Positions 7,672 to 16,535 of a stretch of 17,349 bases of DNA are shown here, piece after piece. The stretch's first letter is position 1. The number at the start of each line of letters is the position of its first letter. The translations under genes were made by a program, and so were the position numbers. The stretch is from Planctomycetota bacterium. Its GTDB lineage: Bacteria > Planctomycetota > UBA1135 > UBA2386. The stretch covers positions 1 to 17,349 of the forward strand of contig CANMWZ010000055.1 of assembly GCA_947501605.1 (NCBI GenBank). Direction: 5' to 3'. A model generated the notes under the pieces. The model ran no database searches and was not told where the DNA came from. It saw only the letters and a list, made by a program, of their open reading frames with translations.

Positions 7672-8862
7672 ATGTCGCTCGCGCACTCGCACTCGCGTTC
7701 GTTCGTCTGCCGGCTTGCCGCCATCGCCGCGCTCGCGCTCGCCGCAACGGCGCAGCAGGACGGTGCACCCGCCACGGACAAGGAACCCCGCGTGGCGTGG
7801 AAGCACGCGCCTTCTGGCTGCAGCTTCGAGGACCTGATCACCGACGGCCGCACGCTGTTCGTGCTCGATCGCCGCGGACGCATCCAGGCGCTCGATCCAG
7901 AGTCCGGCACCGTGAAGTGGGAGAGCAAGGAGAAGCTCGAGTTCGGCCGCGGATTCGGCCTCGCGCTGTCGCCGGCAGCGGACTTCGACGCGCTGCTCGT
8001 CGGCCACGACGAAGGACTCGTCGCCCTGCGGCGCGACAACGGCGAGAAGATCTGGCGAACGGACTTCGCGTCGGGCGTCGCCGGCCCTGCGTGCACCGAG
8101 CGCGCGGTGTTCGTCGGCGGCGCCGACGGCAAAGTGCACGCGCTCGATCTGCGCACGGGCGATGCGCTCTGGTCCTCCGACTGCTTGGACGATCGGCCCG
8201 ACGATCCGCCGGGCTTTGACGGTTCGCAGGCGCGCTTCGCGCCCCACGCGGCGCGTCCGGGCGCTGCGCGTACCGACGGACGCATCGTCGTCGTGCCGAT
8301 CTTCGACCAATGCCGCGTCGTCGCGATCGAATGCGCGAGCGGCAAGCGCGCGTGGGACTTCCGCACGCAGGGCTGGACCTACGGGGGCGTGGCGATCGGT
8401 GATCACAACGCCTTCGTCGTCAGCCAGGACGAGCACCTGTACGCAGTCGACAAGGTGCTCGGCAAGGAAACGTGGCGCGTGAAGACCACCGCGCGCAACG
8501 AGGCCCCGGCCACGGCAGCCGGCCGCTTCGCCTACGTCGGCTCGTGCGACGGCAACCTGCGCGCGGTCGACGAAGTCGTCGGCCAAGTGGTCTGGAAGTT
8601 CGCGATCGAACCCGACTCGGAAGGCAACACGCCAATCTATGGCGCGCCGGTCGTGCACGGCGATTCGATCGTGTTGGCGGCGATGCCGGGCGTCGTCTAC
8701 GCCGTCGACAGAATGAAGGGCACGTTGCGATGGAAGCTGCGGCCGTCCACGGACTCCGAACTCAACGGCGACCTCGTGGCGATCGGTGCGCGACTGTTCG
8801 CGACGACGCGCATGGACGGCGAGAAGGGGGAGAGTGGCGTGTTCGCGATCGATCCGCCGTGA
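7672..8862 (+). CDS. PQQ-binding-like beta-propeller repeat protein (BamB-like), exported
   Basis: Signal-like LAAIAALALAATAQ. Repeated A(L/V)DxxxGxxxW motifs (ALDPESGTVKW, ALDLRTGDALW, AVDKVLGKETW, AVDRMKGTLRW). Confidence 0.88.
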   Translation: MSLAHSHSRSFVCRLAAIAALALAATAQQDGAPATDKEPRVAWKHAPSGCSFEDLITDGRTLFVLDRRGRIQALDPESGTVKWESKEKLEFGRGFGLALSPAADFDALLVGHDEGLVALRRDNGEKIWRTDFASGVAGPACTERAVFVGGADGKVHALDLRTGDALWSSDCLDDRPDDPPGFDGSQARFAPHAARPGAARTDGRIVVVPIFDQCRVVAIECASGKRAWDFRTQGWTYGGVAIGDHNAFVVSQDEHLYAVDKVLGKETWRVKTTARNEAPATAAGRFAYVGSCDGNLRAVDEVVGQVVWKFAIEPDSEGNTPIYGAPVVHGDSIVLAAMPGVVYAVDRMKGTLRWKLRPSTDSELNGDLVAIGARLFATTRMDGEKGESGVFAIDPP

Positions 8863-9015
8863 GATCCTCGCCAGACCACGCGTCGTGATTGGCGCGCATC
8901 GGCGCCTCGTTCGCCCAGCAGCGCGGCCGCTGCCATGGCGCGCACCCAGTCAGCGAGCGTGGCCCGGAGCCCTCTGCGCTTGCGCTACGCGACCACGGTC
9001 GCAGGCTCGTGCCGA

Positions 9016-9104
9016 TTGACAAGCATCCCGAAGTGTGCGTTAGTGGAACCCACAGGACTTATCCATCCCTGTCAAACCCCGATCCCCTCACTGGATCGAA
9101 GGAG
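9016..9104 (+). promoter_or_regulatory. Possible -35 box (TTGACA 9016-9021) and RBS (AAGGAG 9099-9104)
   Basis: Consensus TTGACA in an AT-richer intergenic patch, but a poor -10 match. AAGGAG lies 6 nt before ATG 9111. Confidence 0.4.
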
Positions 9105-9110
9105 ACTCTC

Positions 9111-10301
9111 ATGTTCCATGCACTCACCGCCTGCATTGTGGCAGGCGCGGCCATTGTCTGTAGCTCAGGCGTGGCCAATGCCCAGTTGCTCGGGCACTCC
9201 CCCAAATCCCAACACAACTTCCCCGCCTTCTACGTCGACTCGGCCGGCAACAGTGTCGCGCACTGCATCGACTGGACCGACCCGATGTGCGGTCACCTGC
9301 CCTTCGAGGACCCGGCGTACGGCCAGGTGCTCGACGTGGCCTCGGGCGTCTTCTGGCAAGAGTCGTTCTACTGGCTCTGCCTCGCCGAAGCGGACGTCCC
9401 TGGTGGCCGCCTGATCATCGTGTTCGCCATCGAAGGCGTGTTCGGCAACGCAGACGAAGCGGTCATCGACGGCGACCAGACGGTGTTCAGTCGCATCCGA
9501 TTCCGGATGGGCACGACGGAGCCCGGCACCTACACGATCCTCCATCCGTTCGGCGAGAACACGTTCACGGACGTCGGCGTCGGCGGACGTGCGATCAACT
9601 ACACCGAAGACTGCCTCCACACGCTGAATGCCGATGGCGTCATCGTCCCGTCGTGCGGCGAGGGCGTTGGCAACTGGTTCGCGAGCGGGCTCGATCCGGG
9701 CACTGCGCGGATCGACCGGTTCCTCTACTGGGATCCGAACGTGTTCCCGCTGGCGCCTGCGGGCTACTACGGCAACCCGGACATCCCGCACCGCATCGCT
9801 GGCGCGTCGAACGGCCGCAATTCGGTCATCGTGCAGGGGCCCAACGTCGGCGGGCCTGGCGTCAACCAGATCGAGATCACCGAGTTCACCATCATGGGCA
9901 AGCACGGACCTGCCCCGACGCTGACGTCGTCGCCGCGCATGATCGACACCGGCACCGGTGGCGTGCAGACGCTGCAACTCGACGGCGGTCCGGCGCGCGC
10001 CGGCGACTTCTACTTCCTCGCCGCGAGCCTCCTGAACACCGCACCCGGGATCGATCTGCCCAATGGGCTGCACGTGCCGTTGGCGCCCGAGGGCATCTTC
10101 GTGTTCGGGCTGCAGGCCGAACCCGCTCCGTTCGCGATGGGCTATGTCGGCCTGCTCGACGGGAACGGGCGCGCGACCGCGCAGCTGTCGATTCCGAGCT
10201 ATCCGGAGATGGCCGGGCTGAACCTGTATCACGTGTTCCTGTCGGGCCCGCCGGGTTCGTTCGAGCACGTGAGCAACATCGCGACGGTGTCCCTGCAGTA
10301 G
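9111..10301 (+). CDS. Secreted hypothetical protein (396 aa)
   Basis: RBS and signal peptide ending VANA-Q. N-domain FPAFYVDS..HC..ESFYW..GDQTVFSRIR..GTYTILHPFG. C-terminal domain QTLQLDGG..AG..YFL..GLLDGNGRATAQL resembles tails of planctomycete exported proteins (recalled, unverified). Confidence 0.8.
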   Translation: MFHALTACIVAGAAIVCSSGVANAQLLGHSPKSQHNFPAFYVDSAGNSVAHCIDWTDPMCGHLPFEDPAYGQVLDVASGVFWQESFYWLCLAEADVPGGRLIIVFAIEGVFGNADEAVIDGDQTVFSRIRFRMGTTEPGTYTILHPFGENTFTDVGVGGRAINYTEDCLHTLNADGVIVPSCGEGVGNWFASGLDPGTARIDRFLYWDPNVFPLAPAGYYGNPDIPHRIAGASNGRNSVIVQGPNVGGPGVNQIEITEFTIMGKHGPAPTLTSSPRMIDTGTGGVQTLQLDGGPARAGDFYFLAASLLNTAPGIDLPNGLHVPLAPEGIFVFGLQAEPAPFAMGYVGLLDGNGRATAQLSIPSYPEMAGLNLYHVFLSGPPGSFEHVSNIATVSLQ

Positions 10302-10445
10302 CACGCTGCCACGGCGGTGGAACGTCGCCCGTGCGGTCGAGTGCCGCCGGGCGACGAGGTCGGCGCGCGCGCGACGCATGCCATGTTCGACGACGAGGAC
10401 CTCCGTGGTTGCAGCCCTGCTCGCGTGCAGCGACGCTGAAGGCAG

Positions 10446-11373
10446 GGTAGGACTTCCAAAGGGGCTCCCAGCCCATCCATGAGCCGCGCAGGATGGTAGC
10501 CGTGGCGACCTGCTCCCAGCAGCAGCCTCCATCGCTCGCTCGCGGCGACCGCAGTCGATGTGAGATTCCCCGCCCAGCCGCCATGCGAACGGACCGCCGC
10601 CGGCCGAGCTGCCGAGTCTGCAGTTCGGAGTTGCTCGGACTCGGCGCCAACTACGTCGCGTGATCCACAATCACCAAGGCAGTCGCGCCTGCGGCGGCGG
10701 CCTCGCCGGTGCGACCGCTGGCGGTTCGGTGGGGAGGCCGAGGTGGTGGAGGATCCTGCGAATGCTGTTCTGGTCGTGGATGGCGGCGAGCAGTGTGCGG
10801 CGACCGCGGCAGGTGGGGCAGGTCAGCACATCCATGAGATAGACGCGGCGAAGGAGCTCGGCCCAGGAGTGGCGTTGGCGAGGGCTGTGGTTCTTCCTCG
10901 GGGCGTGGGGGACAGACGGCACGCGGCGTCGGCGCAGCGGGTCGTTGTCGAAGGGTTGGTCCTGCAGAGTGCGGCCGTGGGGTGAACTCGACGACTGCGA
11001 GCGGTGGCGTTCGCGTCGGCCATCGTGGTCGCAGCCGCCGGCACCATCTGCGCCATCATCATTGTCAGGCAGCAATGGCGGCGGCACGACGCGGTCGCGC
11101 ATCCCAGCGGCTGGCGCGAGCACGCCGTGATACGTGAGCATCATGCGTCGGGGCCGCGGCACCAGCGCGCAGAGGCGTTCGAGGAAGGTGAGCGGATCGA
11201 GGACGACGTGCGTGGAGCCGTCGCGATACCGCTTCTTCAACCGATAGCTGACGCGACCATCGGGGAGCAGCGACAGTCGCTCCTCGACGATCGGCGGACG
11301 CGCGGCGTAGCGGCACAGCTTCTCGAGGCGCTCGCGACAGCCAGCGGGAATGCGTACGGCGGCGTGCAGCGAG
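10446..11373 (-). mobile_element. IS91/ISCR-type remnant copy C: oriIS end, 225-nt noncoding segment and C-terminal part of the transposase
   Basis: Minus-strand end CCCCTTTGGAAGTCCTACC resembles the ISCR oriIS pattern TTTGAA..TCCTA. Longest copy. Confidence 0.92.
10671..11373 (-). pseudogene. 5'-truncated IS91/ISCR-family HUH transposase (Y2_Tnp-like)
   Basis: SLHAAVRI..RERLEKLCRYAARPPI..RLSLLPDGRVSYRLKKRYRDGSTHVVLDPLTFLERLCALVPRPR..LTYHGVLAP; WAELLRRVY..DVLTCPTCRG..IRRILHHLGLP. It has the ISCR-like RYxxRP tyrosine motif. The N-terminal Zn-binding and HUH parts are absent. Confidence 0.92.
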
Positions 11374-11397
11374 TCGTGCTCGGAGTGGGGAGGTGAG

Positions 11398-11616
11398 ATG
11401 AGCAGCGGCGAGATCCCCGTCGTGAACGTCCCGGTGACGGTGAAGCAACTGGCGGAGATCCTCTCGGTCCGTGTGCCTGCGTTGCTGGCCTTGCTCACGT
11501 TCCGGCTGAAGCGAAAGAAGCTGAACGTCCACGCGGAACTCGGCGCCGAGGACGTGAAGGACATCGTCTGCGAGCTAGGGATTCGCGTCCTCCTCGTCGT
11601 GCCGAACGGTGACTAG
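11398..11616 (+). CDS. Stand-alone translation initiation factor IF-2 N-terminal-domain-like protein (72 aa)
   Basis: GGAGGTG RBS. VPVTVKQLAEILSVRVPALLALL...LNVHAELGAEDVKDIVCELGIRV resembles IF2_N. Confidence 0.7.
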   Translation: MSSGEIPVVNVPVTVKQLAEILSVRVPALLALLTFRLKRKKLNVHAELGAEDVKDIVCELGIRVLLVVPNGD

Positions 11617-11647
11617 GACGCGGACGACTGCCCCGCGCCCGCGAACT

Positions 11648-13711
11648 TCACCGCTTCGGCAGCTTCACCTCGATCTCCGCCATCCCCTGCGCCGGCACAT
11701 CGACGTTGACGATCGCCGTCTGGTGGCCTTCGGCCGCGAAGATGCAGCGGTGGCGGCCGGGCACGAGCCCGCGAAACAGCGTCGGCTCGTAGATCGTGAG
11801 ATCCAGATCGCTCATGTACATCTGCACGGGCTTCGACTCGTCGTCAGCGCAGCGCACGTTCACCTTCAACTGCCCGTTGGGCATCGTGAAGTTCCACGGC
11901 CCTTGTCCCTGAACCAGAAGGCGCGCGGGGACGGTGTACACGTTCTGGCCGTCGACGACCTCGGGCTGAGTCTCGTTCGGCGTCACGTGCAACACGTCCC
12001 CGTCCTGCAGGTCGAGCATGGGGACGTGACCGTCACTCAAGAGCGGCACTTGGCTGAAGGACTGTCCCAGGCGCTCTATCGCCACGAATCCACGCCGCAG
12101 GAGTGCGACGTGCATGTACTCGATCGGTTCGCCGTTCGCATCGCGGATGCAGTACTGCGGTTTCGCCGGCAGCGTGATCGCGCCCACGTCGACGAACGCG
12201 TCGTCGCCTCGCGGCGGCAGCAGCACCGGCACGATGCGCGTCGTGTGCTCGCGGTCCTGGCTGATGACCGCAAGCAGAGCGAGCCCTTCTCGTTCGGTCT
12301 GGAGCTGGATCGAGCCCGCCGTGTCGGCTGCTTCTTCGACGTCGTCGAGGCGCGGAGTCATGGCCTCGTGCGGGGTCAATAGCGCGAGCTTCGCTTCGAG
12401 CGGTTGGCCCGCTTCGTCGACGACGCGACCTTCGATGCGCGTCGGCCGATACCACGGAAGGCGCACGACGCCCTCGGCCAGTGCCTTTGCGCGATCGGTG
12501 GGGAAGGTGCGGGTCTTGCCAAGACCGTCCACGACGAAGGCGAACGGCTCGTCGGGCAGCGGCAGGGGTTCGCCGCGCGCGAGGAGTTCACTGACGTCGG
12601 CGCGACGCGTTCGCGTCACGAGGTCGACCGTGCAGTTCTCGTCTGCGTGGACCAGACGGACGGGCACGGTGGGCCAACTCCGATCAGGGAACGGCGGCAG
12701 CTCGTTGTCGGCGTCCTCGCGACTGCGCACGCCAACCGGCAGGTTGACGAGTTCGGTTCCGTTCACGGGTTCCGCGGGTGCGGGCGGGACCTTCAGCCGC
12801 ACGGGCGTCTCTGCGTCGAGGTCGACCAGGAGTTCGCGTTCGCCTACGTGGACCCAGAGTTCGGTCGGTCGATCCTCGATGCCGCACAGCAGGAACGCGC
12901 CGTCGTTGCCCGTTCGCGTCCACGGCCCGCGATGCACGTCCTTGTAGCCGACGTGCGCGTTGGCGATCGGCTTGCCGTCGGCGTCGACCACGGTGCCGCG
13001 CAGCGAGATCGCGAACTTCTCTTCGATCCGCGCTGGCGGCTCGCCGGGGAACCAGTCGCACTCCTCGTAGAAGAGACCGAGGTCTTGGTGCTCGAGGTAG
13101 ACGTCGCGGATGCCCTGGAGAGTGTCGATGCCGGGAAGCATGCACTGGCCGTTCGCGTCGGTGCGCGCGGAGACGAGGTCCGGCGTGTGGCCGCAACCGC
13201 TGCAGAAGCCGACGTGACAGTCGGCGACGGGCTGCCCGAAGGCGTTGAAGACCTGCAGCGGCATGTCGATGGCCGGCGCGAGTACGGTCACGTCGTCGAG
13301 CGCGTCCATCTCCATGCGTTGACCGAAGCCGGGTGCGCGCACCATGAGCCAGTGCCACGTGCGGCCCTTCTGCAGGTTCGGGTCCAGCGGGATGCGGAAG
13401 AACCCGTCCGCGTCGGGGGCGAGACACTGCTGGAACGAGAACTCGCCGCGCACCGGGTGGTCGCTCTCCGCGATCAGGAACAGCTCGGCCTGCGGCAGGG
13501 CCGCGCCGGTCATCCCGTCCACCGCGCGGAAGCAAAGGGTCTTCTTCCCGTCGACCTCCTCGTAGCTGTCGGGCGGGTAGACCAGCGACGAGAACTGCAC
13601 CGAAGGGGCCTGCGCCGAGGCATTGGCGACGAGGGCGAGGGCGAGAGAGACAGCGAGGGCCCGCGTCGTGTCACGGGCAGGGGACAGAGAGTCCATGAGG
13701 GCGCGCGCCAT
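11648..13711 (-). CDS. Exported protein with carboxypeptidase-regulatory-like domains (687 aa)
   Basis: Signal-like ALAVSLALALVANASA-Q. Repeats LRGTVVDADGKPIANA and IEGRVVDEAGQPL. Contains FCSGCGHTPD. Confidence 0.82.
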   Translation of the reverse strand: MARALMDSLSPARDTTRALAVSLALALVANASAQAPSVQFSSLVYPPDSYEEVDGKKTLCFRAVDGMTGAALPQAELFLIAESDHPVRGEFSFQQCLAPDADGFFRIPLDPNLQKGRTWHWLMVRAPGFGQRMEMDALDDVTVLAPAIDMPLQVFNAFGQPVADCHVGFCSGCGHTPDLVSARTDANGQCMLPGIDTLQGIRDVYLEHQDLGLFYEECDWFPGEPPARIEEKFAISLRGTVVDADGKPIANAHVGYKDVHRGPWTRTGNDGAFLLCGIEDRPTELWVHVGERELLVDLDAETPVRLKVPPAPAEPVNGTELVNLPVGVRSREDADNELPPFPDRSWPTVPVRLVHADENCTVDLVTRTRRADVSELLARGEPLPLPDEPFAFVVDGLGKTRTFPTDRAKALAEGVVRLPWYRPTRIEGRVVDEAGQPLEAKLALLTPHEAMTPRLDDVEEAADTAGSIQLQTEREGLALLAVISQDREHTTRIVPVLLPPRGDDAFVDVGAITLPAKPQYCIRDANGEPIEYMHVALLRRGFVAIERLGQSFSQVPLLSDGHVPMLDLQDGDVLHVTPNETQPEVVDGQNVYTVPARLLVQGQGPWNFTMPNGQLKVNVRCADDESKPVQMYMSDLDLTIYEPTLFRGLVPGRHRCIFAAEGHQTAIVNVDVPAQGMAEIEVKLPKR

Positions 13712-13812
13712 GGCAATCCACGTTCCGCGGGCACGGCGTCATGCGCCACCCCGTTCTCGCGAAGGGCGCCACGATGCGGGGCGCTGTCCTCGCTGCGCCT
13801 TCCCTCGACGGC

Positions 13813-13848
13813 GCGAGGGTTTCGGAAGTGGCCTTCCGAAACCCTCGC
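13813..13848. terminator. Perfect 16-bp inverted repeat, possible terminator or stabilising hairpin
   Basis: GCGAGGGTTTCGGAAG-tggc-CTTCCGAAACCCTCGC, about 60 nt downstream of the Lys-rich peptide stop. No U-tract. Confidence 0.5.
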
Positions 13849-13910
13849 ATCGACATCCTCCTGCATGCAGGGGATGGGTCCAGCGAACGGGATGACGATC
13901 GCTGCTGCGA

Positions 13911-14015
13911 TCAGCCCTTCGTCGCCTTCTTAGCGGCCTTCACGGCGCGCTTTTCCTTCAGCGACTTCTCGGACTTCTTCTTCGTTTCCTTCTTACCTTG
14001 TTGGCTCTTAGCCAT
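13911..14015 (-). CDS. Small Lys-rich basic peptide (34 aa)
   Basis: GGAGG RBS 5 nt upstream of the ATG. MAKSQQGKKETKKKSEKSLKEKRAVKAAKKATKG*. Confidence 0.75.
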   Translation of the reverse strand: MAKSQQGKKETKKKSEKSLKEKRAVKAAKKATKG

Positions 14016-14314
14016 GGTTGCCTCCGTTGGAACTGTGGACTGAGTGTTCGTGCGCGGCTCCGTGCCGCGAACGGTCGCGTTGCGATCGATGCAGAGTGCA
14101 CTCCGAGCGAAGGGGATTCCAGTGGGCGGAATGTGGCGTGCTTCGGCGCGCGAGCGAGCGCCCCATCGACCCTTCGGCGAGGAAGCCGCGGCGGTAGCGC
14201 AGCAAGCTGCCGCCGGATGGTGCGGCCGCTGACGAGTCCGCGGACGACGGAGCATCCCGGCTCCACCACCCCGGCCACCCCGCCGATGTCGCCCGGCCAC
14301 GCACGCGAGGCGCG

Positions 14315-14500
14315 TCAGCGTTGGCGGACGAGCCGGATCGACCGCACGTTGACGACCGCCTCGCCGGGCTTCGACTTCGCGCGCAGCGTTGCGCGATGGG
14401 CGCCGAACGGCAACTCGACGCGACCCAACTCGACCGTGTGGTAGCTCTGCCAACCGCCCGTCGCCGGCACCGCGAACTCGAGCGTGCGCTGCCGCCCTCG
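14315..14500 (-). pseudogene. C-terminal fragment of a carbohydrate-binding (CBM6/35-like) domain
   Basis: TLEFAVPATGGWQSYHTVELGRVELPFGAHRATLRAKSKPGEAVVNVRSIRL with the TGGW motif. No coherent N-terminal part upstream. Confidence 0.65.
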
Positions 14501-14693
14501 CCCTCGAAAGCGGATCGGCCGCCATGAAGGTGAGCTACGCGTTCTCTTGGGTGTCTCGCAGCAGTCCATGGTAGATGCGAGGACAGCGCCCTGGAGAGCC
14601 TGCTGCAGTCGATCGCTGGCGGCATCGGCTGGTACCTCGTGATGGCGCTCACCGAGCAGCGCAGGCTCGCCACCTTCGGCGGCAATGAGGCAG

Positions 14694-15055
14694 GGTAGGA
14701 CTTCCAAAGGGTCTCCCGGACCATCCGCAAGCCGCGCCGGATGGTAGCCGTGGGGCTCCGTCCCGCGAAGTGGCCTCCGTGGATCGCGTCCGCGACTTCT
14801 ATTCGAGGTGAGATTCCCCACGCGGCCGCCCAATGAACACAGCGCCGCCGGCCGAGCTGCCGAGTCTGCAGATCGGGTGGTTTGGATTGGGCGCCAACTA
14901 CATCGCGCGATCCACAATCACCAAGGCAGTCGCGCCTGCGGCGGCGGCCTCGCCGGTGCGACCGCTGGCGGTTCGGCGGGAAGGCCGAGGTGGTGGAGGA
15001 TCCTGCGAATGCTGTCCTGGTCGTGGATGGCGGCGAGCAGAGTGCGGCGACCGCG
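14694..15055 (-). mobile_element. IS91/ISCR-type remnant copy D: oriIS end, 224-nt noncoding segment and last ~45 transposase codons
   Basis: Begins GGTAGGACTTCCAAAGGG. Stop at 14918-14920. Encodes RGRRTLLAAIHDQDSIRRILHHLGLPAEPPAVAPARPPPQARLPW*. Confidence 0.9.
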
Positions 15056-15600
15056 ATCGCCCAGTAGCCGACGAGGTTGATCCAGAACGGCGAACGCACG
15101 TCGCCGGCGCCGCGCAGCAAGCCGATGGCGGTGACCTGCAGCCCGTCGCCGATCTGGAACACGCCGGCGATCGGCAGCAATGCGGCGCCCCATGCGACGG
15201 CGCGCGGATCGCTCGCGAGGACGCCGGCGAGGAACTCCGGCGCCAGCAAGAACAGCAGCATGAACGCGCTCATCACGAGCGCGCCGCAGCACAGCGCGGC
15301 GAGCGCGGTGCGGCGCGCTGCTTGTGGTTCGCCGCGGCCGATCGCCCAACCGACGCGAACGGAGCCGGCGATGCCGACGCCGAGCGGCACCATGAAGCTC
15401 AGTGACGCGAGCTGGATCGCGATCTGGTGGCCGCACAGCCGCAGCCCTTCGGTCTCGCCCGATTGCGCGTCGAGGTCGCCGATCAACAGTGCGGTCGCCG
15501 CGAACACGCCCATCTCCATCGCATACTGGCCGCCGATCGGCAGGCCGAGTCGCAGCAAGCGCGCAACCGGCGCACGTCTTGGAGTGGTGGCCCGACTCGT
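15056..15600 (-). pseudogene. Internal fragment of a MATE (NorM-like) efflux transporter
   Basis: LLRLGLPIGGQYAMEMGVF..HQIAIQLASLSFMVPLGVGIAGSVRVG..FQIGDGLQV..GLLRGAGD..GYWAI. The N-terminal half and last TMs are missing. Right boundary approximate. Confidence 0.88.
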
Positions 15601-15674
15601 CTCCCAGTTGCGTCGCACAGTCTGGTAGCTTGGTGCAAGAACTGGTCTTGTTCTTGGGCCCGGCTGATTAATTT

Positions 15675-16529
15675 TCAGCGGCGGCGCTGCAGGAAAAACG
15701 ATCGAACGGCAACTTCGAACTCGGCGCGCAGGTAGTTCAAGTCGTCTCGGGCCGCGAAGAACTCGGGGCTGTTGGTGCGATCGAGCCAGAGCACGCGGCG
15801 GTGCGTAAGGTCGCGCCCTGGAACCGTCGAGATGTTGAAATCTGGGCCTAGATTAGAGCGCGCTTCTTCCATCAGGCTCTCGTTGAGTCCGTCTGGCCAC
15901 TTGCCATTGGGGACCTCCCGAAAGCGCCCGCTGCGAACTGCTTCAGCAATACCCATTTGTTCTTCCGCCCACCTGTCCCGGGACCGATCGCGCAGGCGTT
16001 GGGAATACTCCGCGATGAGAGATTTCAGATAGCTGAGTTGATCATCTTTCAGCGGTCTTTCGAGTGGGTTTATATTGCGATCCGCTGCTAGTTCATTTGC
16101 AGTCGGGAGCGGCACGGCAAACGGATCCGGAAGGGGTTGGCCATTAGCGTCCAGGATCGGTTCTGCTAAATTGCGACTCAGCGACTGGTGGACAAAGTCG
16201 AAGCACTCGTCGCCACTCGGGCTTTGTATCGACGCGATCCAATGACGAGCGCGTTCGACGGTGGACGGGATGTGGATCTCGCTTCTCTGGCCAATAGAGG
16301 GGGCAGTGGTAGGTGCGGGTGCCGATTCGGGCTGACTCCGTGACTGCGATGTGGTTTCCTGTGATGCAGTTATGGCAGGTAGTTCGGCTTCGTTGGTGGG
16401 ATTTGATATCGCTGAATGCGGTGCAGCATCGTTGCGCCAAACTACGAGCACGAAAGCGACGATGCCCAGCGACGCAGCCAGGATGAAAAACCTTCGATGC
16501 TCACCGAAAGTATAGCTTGGGTATGACAT
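15675..16529 (-). CDS. Hypothetical membrane-anchored protein (284 aa)
   Basis: N-terminal TM FFILAASLGIVAFVLVVW, Pro/Ser/Thr linker, helical body. Visibly more A/T-rich codons than neighbours. Confidence 0.7.
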   Translation of the reverse strand: MSYPSYTFGEHRRFFILAASLGIVAFVLVVWRNDAAPHSAISNPTNEAELPAITASQETTSQSRSQPESAPAPTTAPSIGQRSEIHIPSTVERARHWIASIQSPSGDECFDFVHQSLSRNLAEPILDANGQPLPDPFAVPLPTANELAADRNINPLERPLKDDQLSYLKSLIAEYSQRLRDRSRDRWAEEQMGIAEAVRSGRFREVPNGKWPDGLNESLMEEARSNLGPDFNISTVPGRDLTHRRVLWLDRTNSPEFFAARDDLNYLRAEFEVAVRSFFLQRRR

Positions 16530-16535
16530 CTAGGC

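Noticed and set aside
8889..9110. N-terminal extension of the 470-aa ORF
   Set aside because: The RBS and signal peptide point to ATG 9111.
10441..10560. Group II intron 3' end (minus strand ends CCTACCCTGCC; copies are 5'-truncated)
   Set aside because: No recognisable domain V with GNRA loop and bulge. The linked ORF is an IS91/ISCR-type transposase, not a reverse transcriptase.
10671..11564. 297-aa ORF as an intact transposase
   Set aside because: Its first ~64 codons are mostly the antisense of the IF2_N-like gene, and the HUH and N-terminal Zn-binding regions are missing.
7057..13933. Long alternative-frame ORFs (7057-8658 -, 9165-10670 -, 9287-10450 +, 12404-13933 +)
   Set aside because: Arg/Ala-rich shadow frames overlapping better-supported genes, as expected in high-GC DNA.
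14008..15618. 536-aa ORF as a full MATE transporter
   Set aside because: Only about the first 188 aa are MATE; the rest is read-through across copy D and unrelated DNA.
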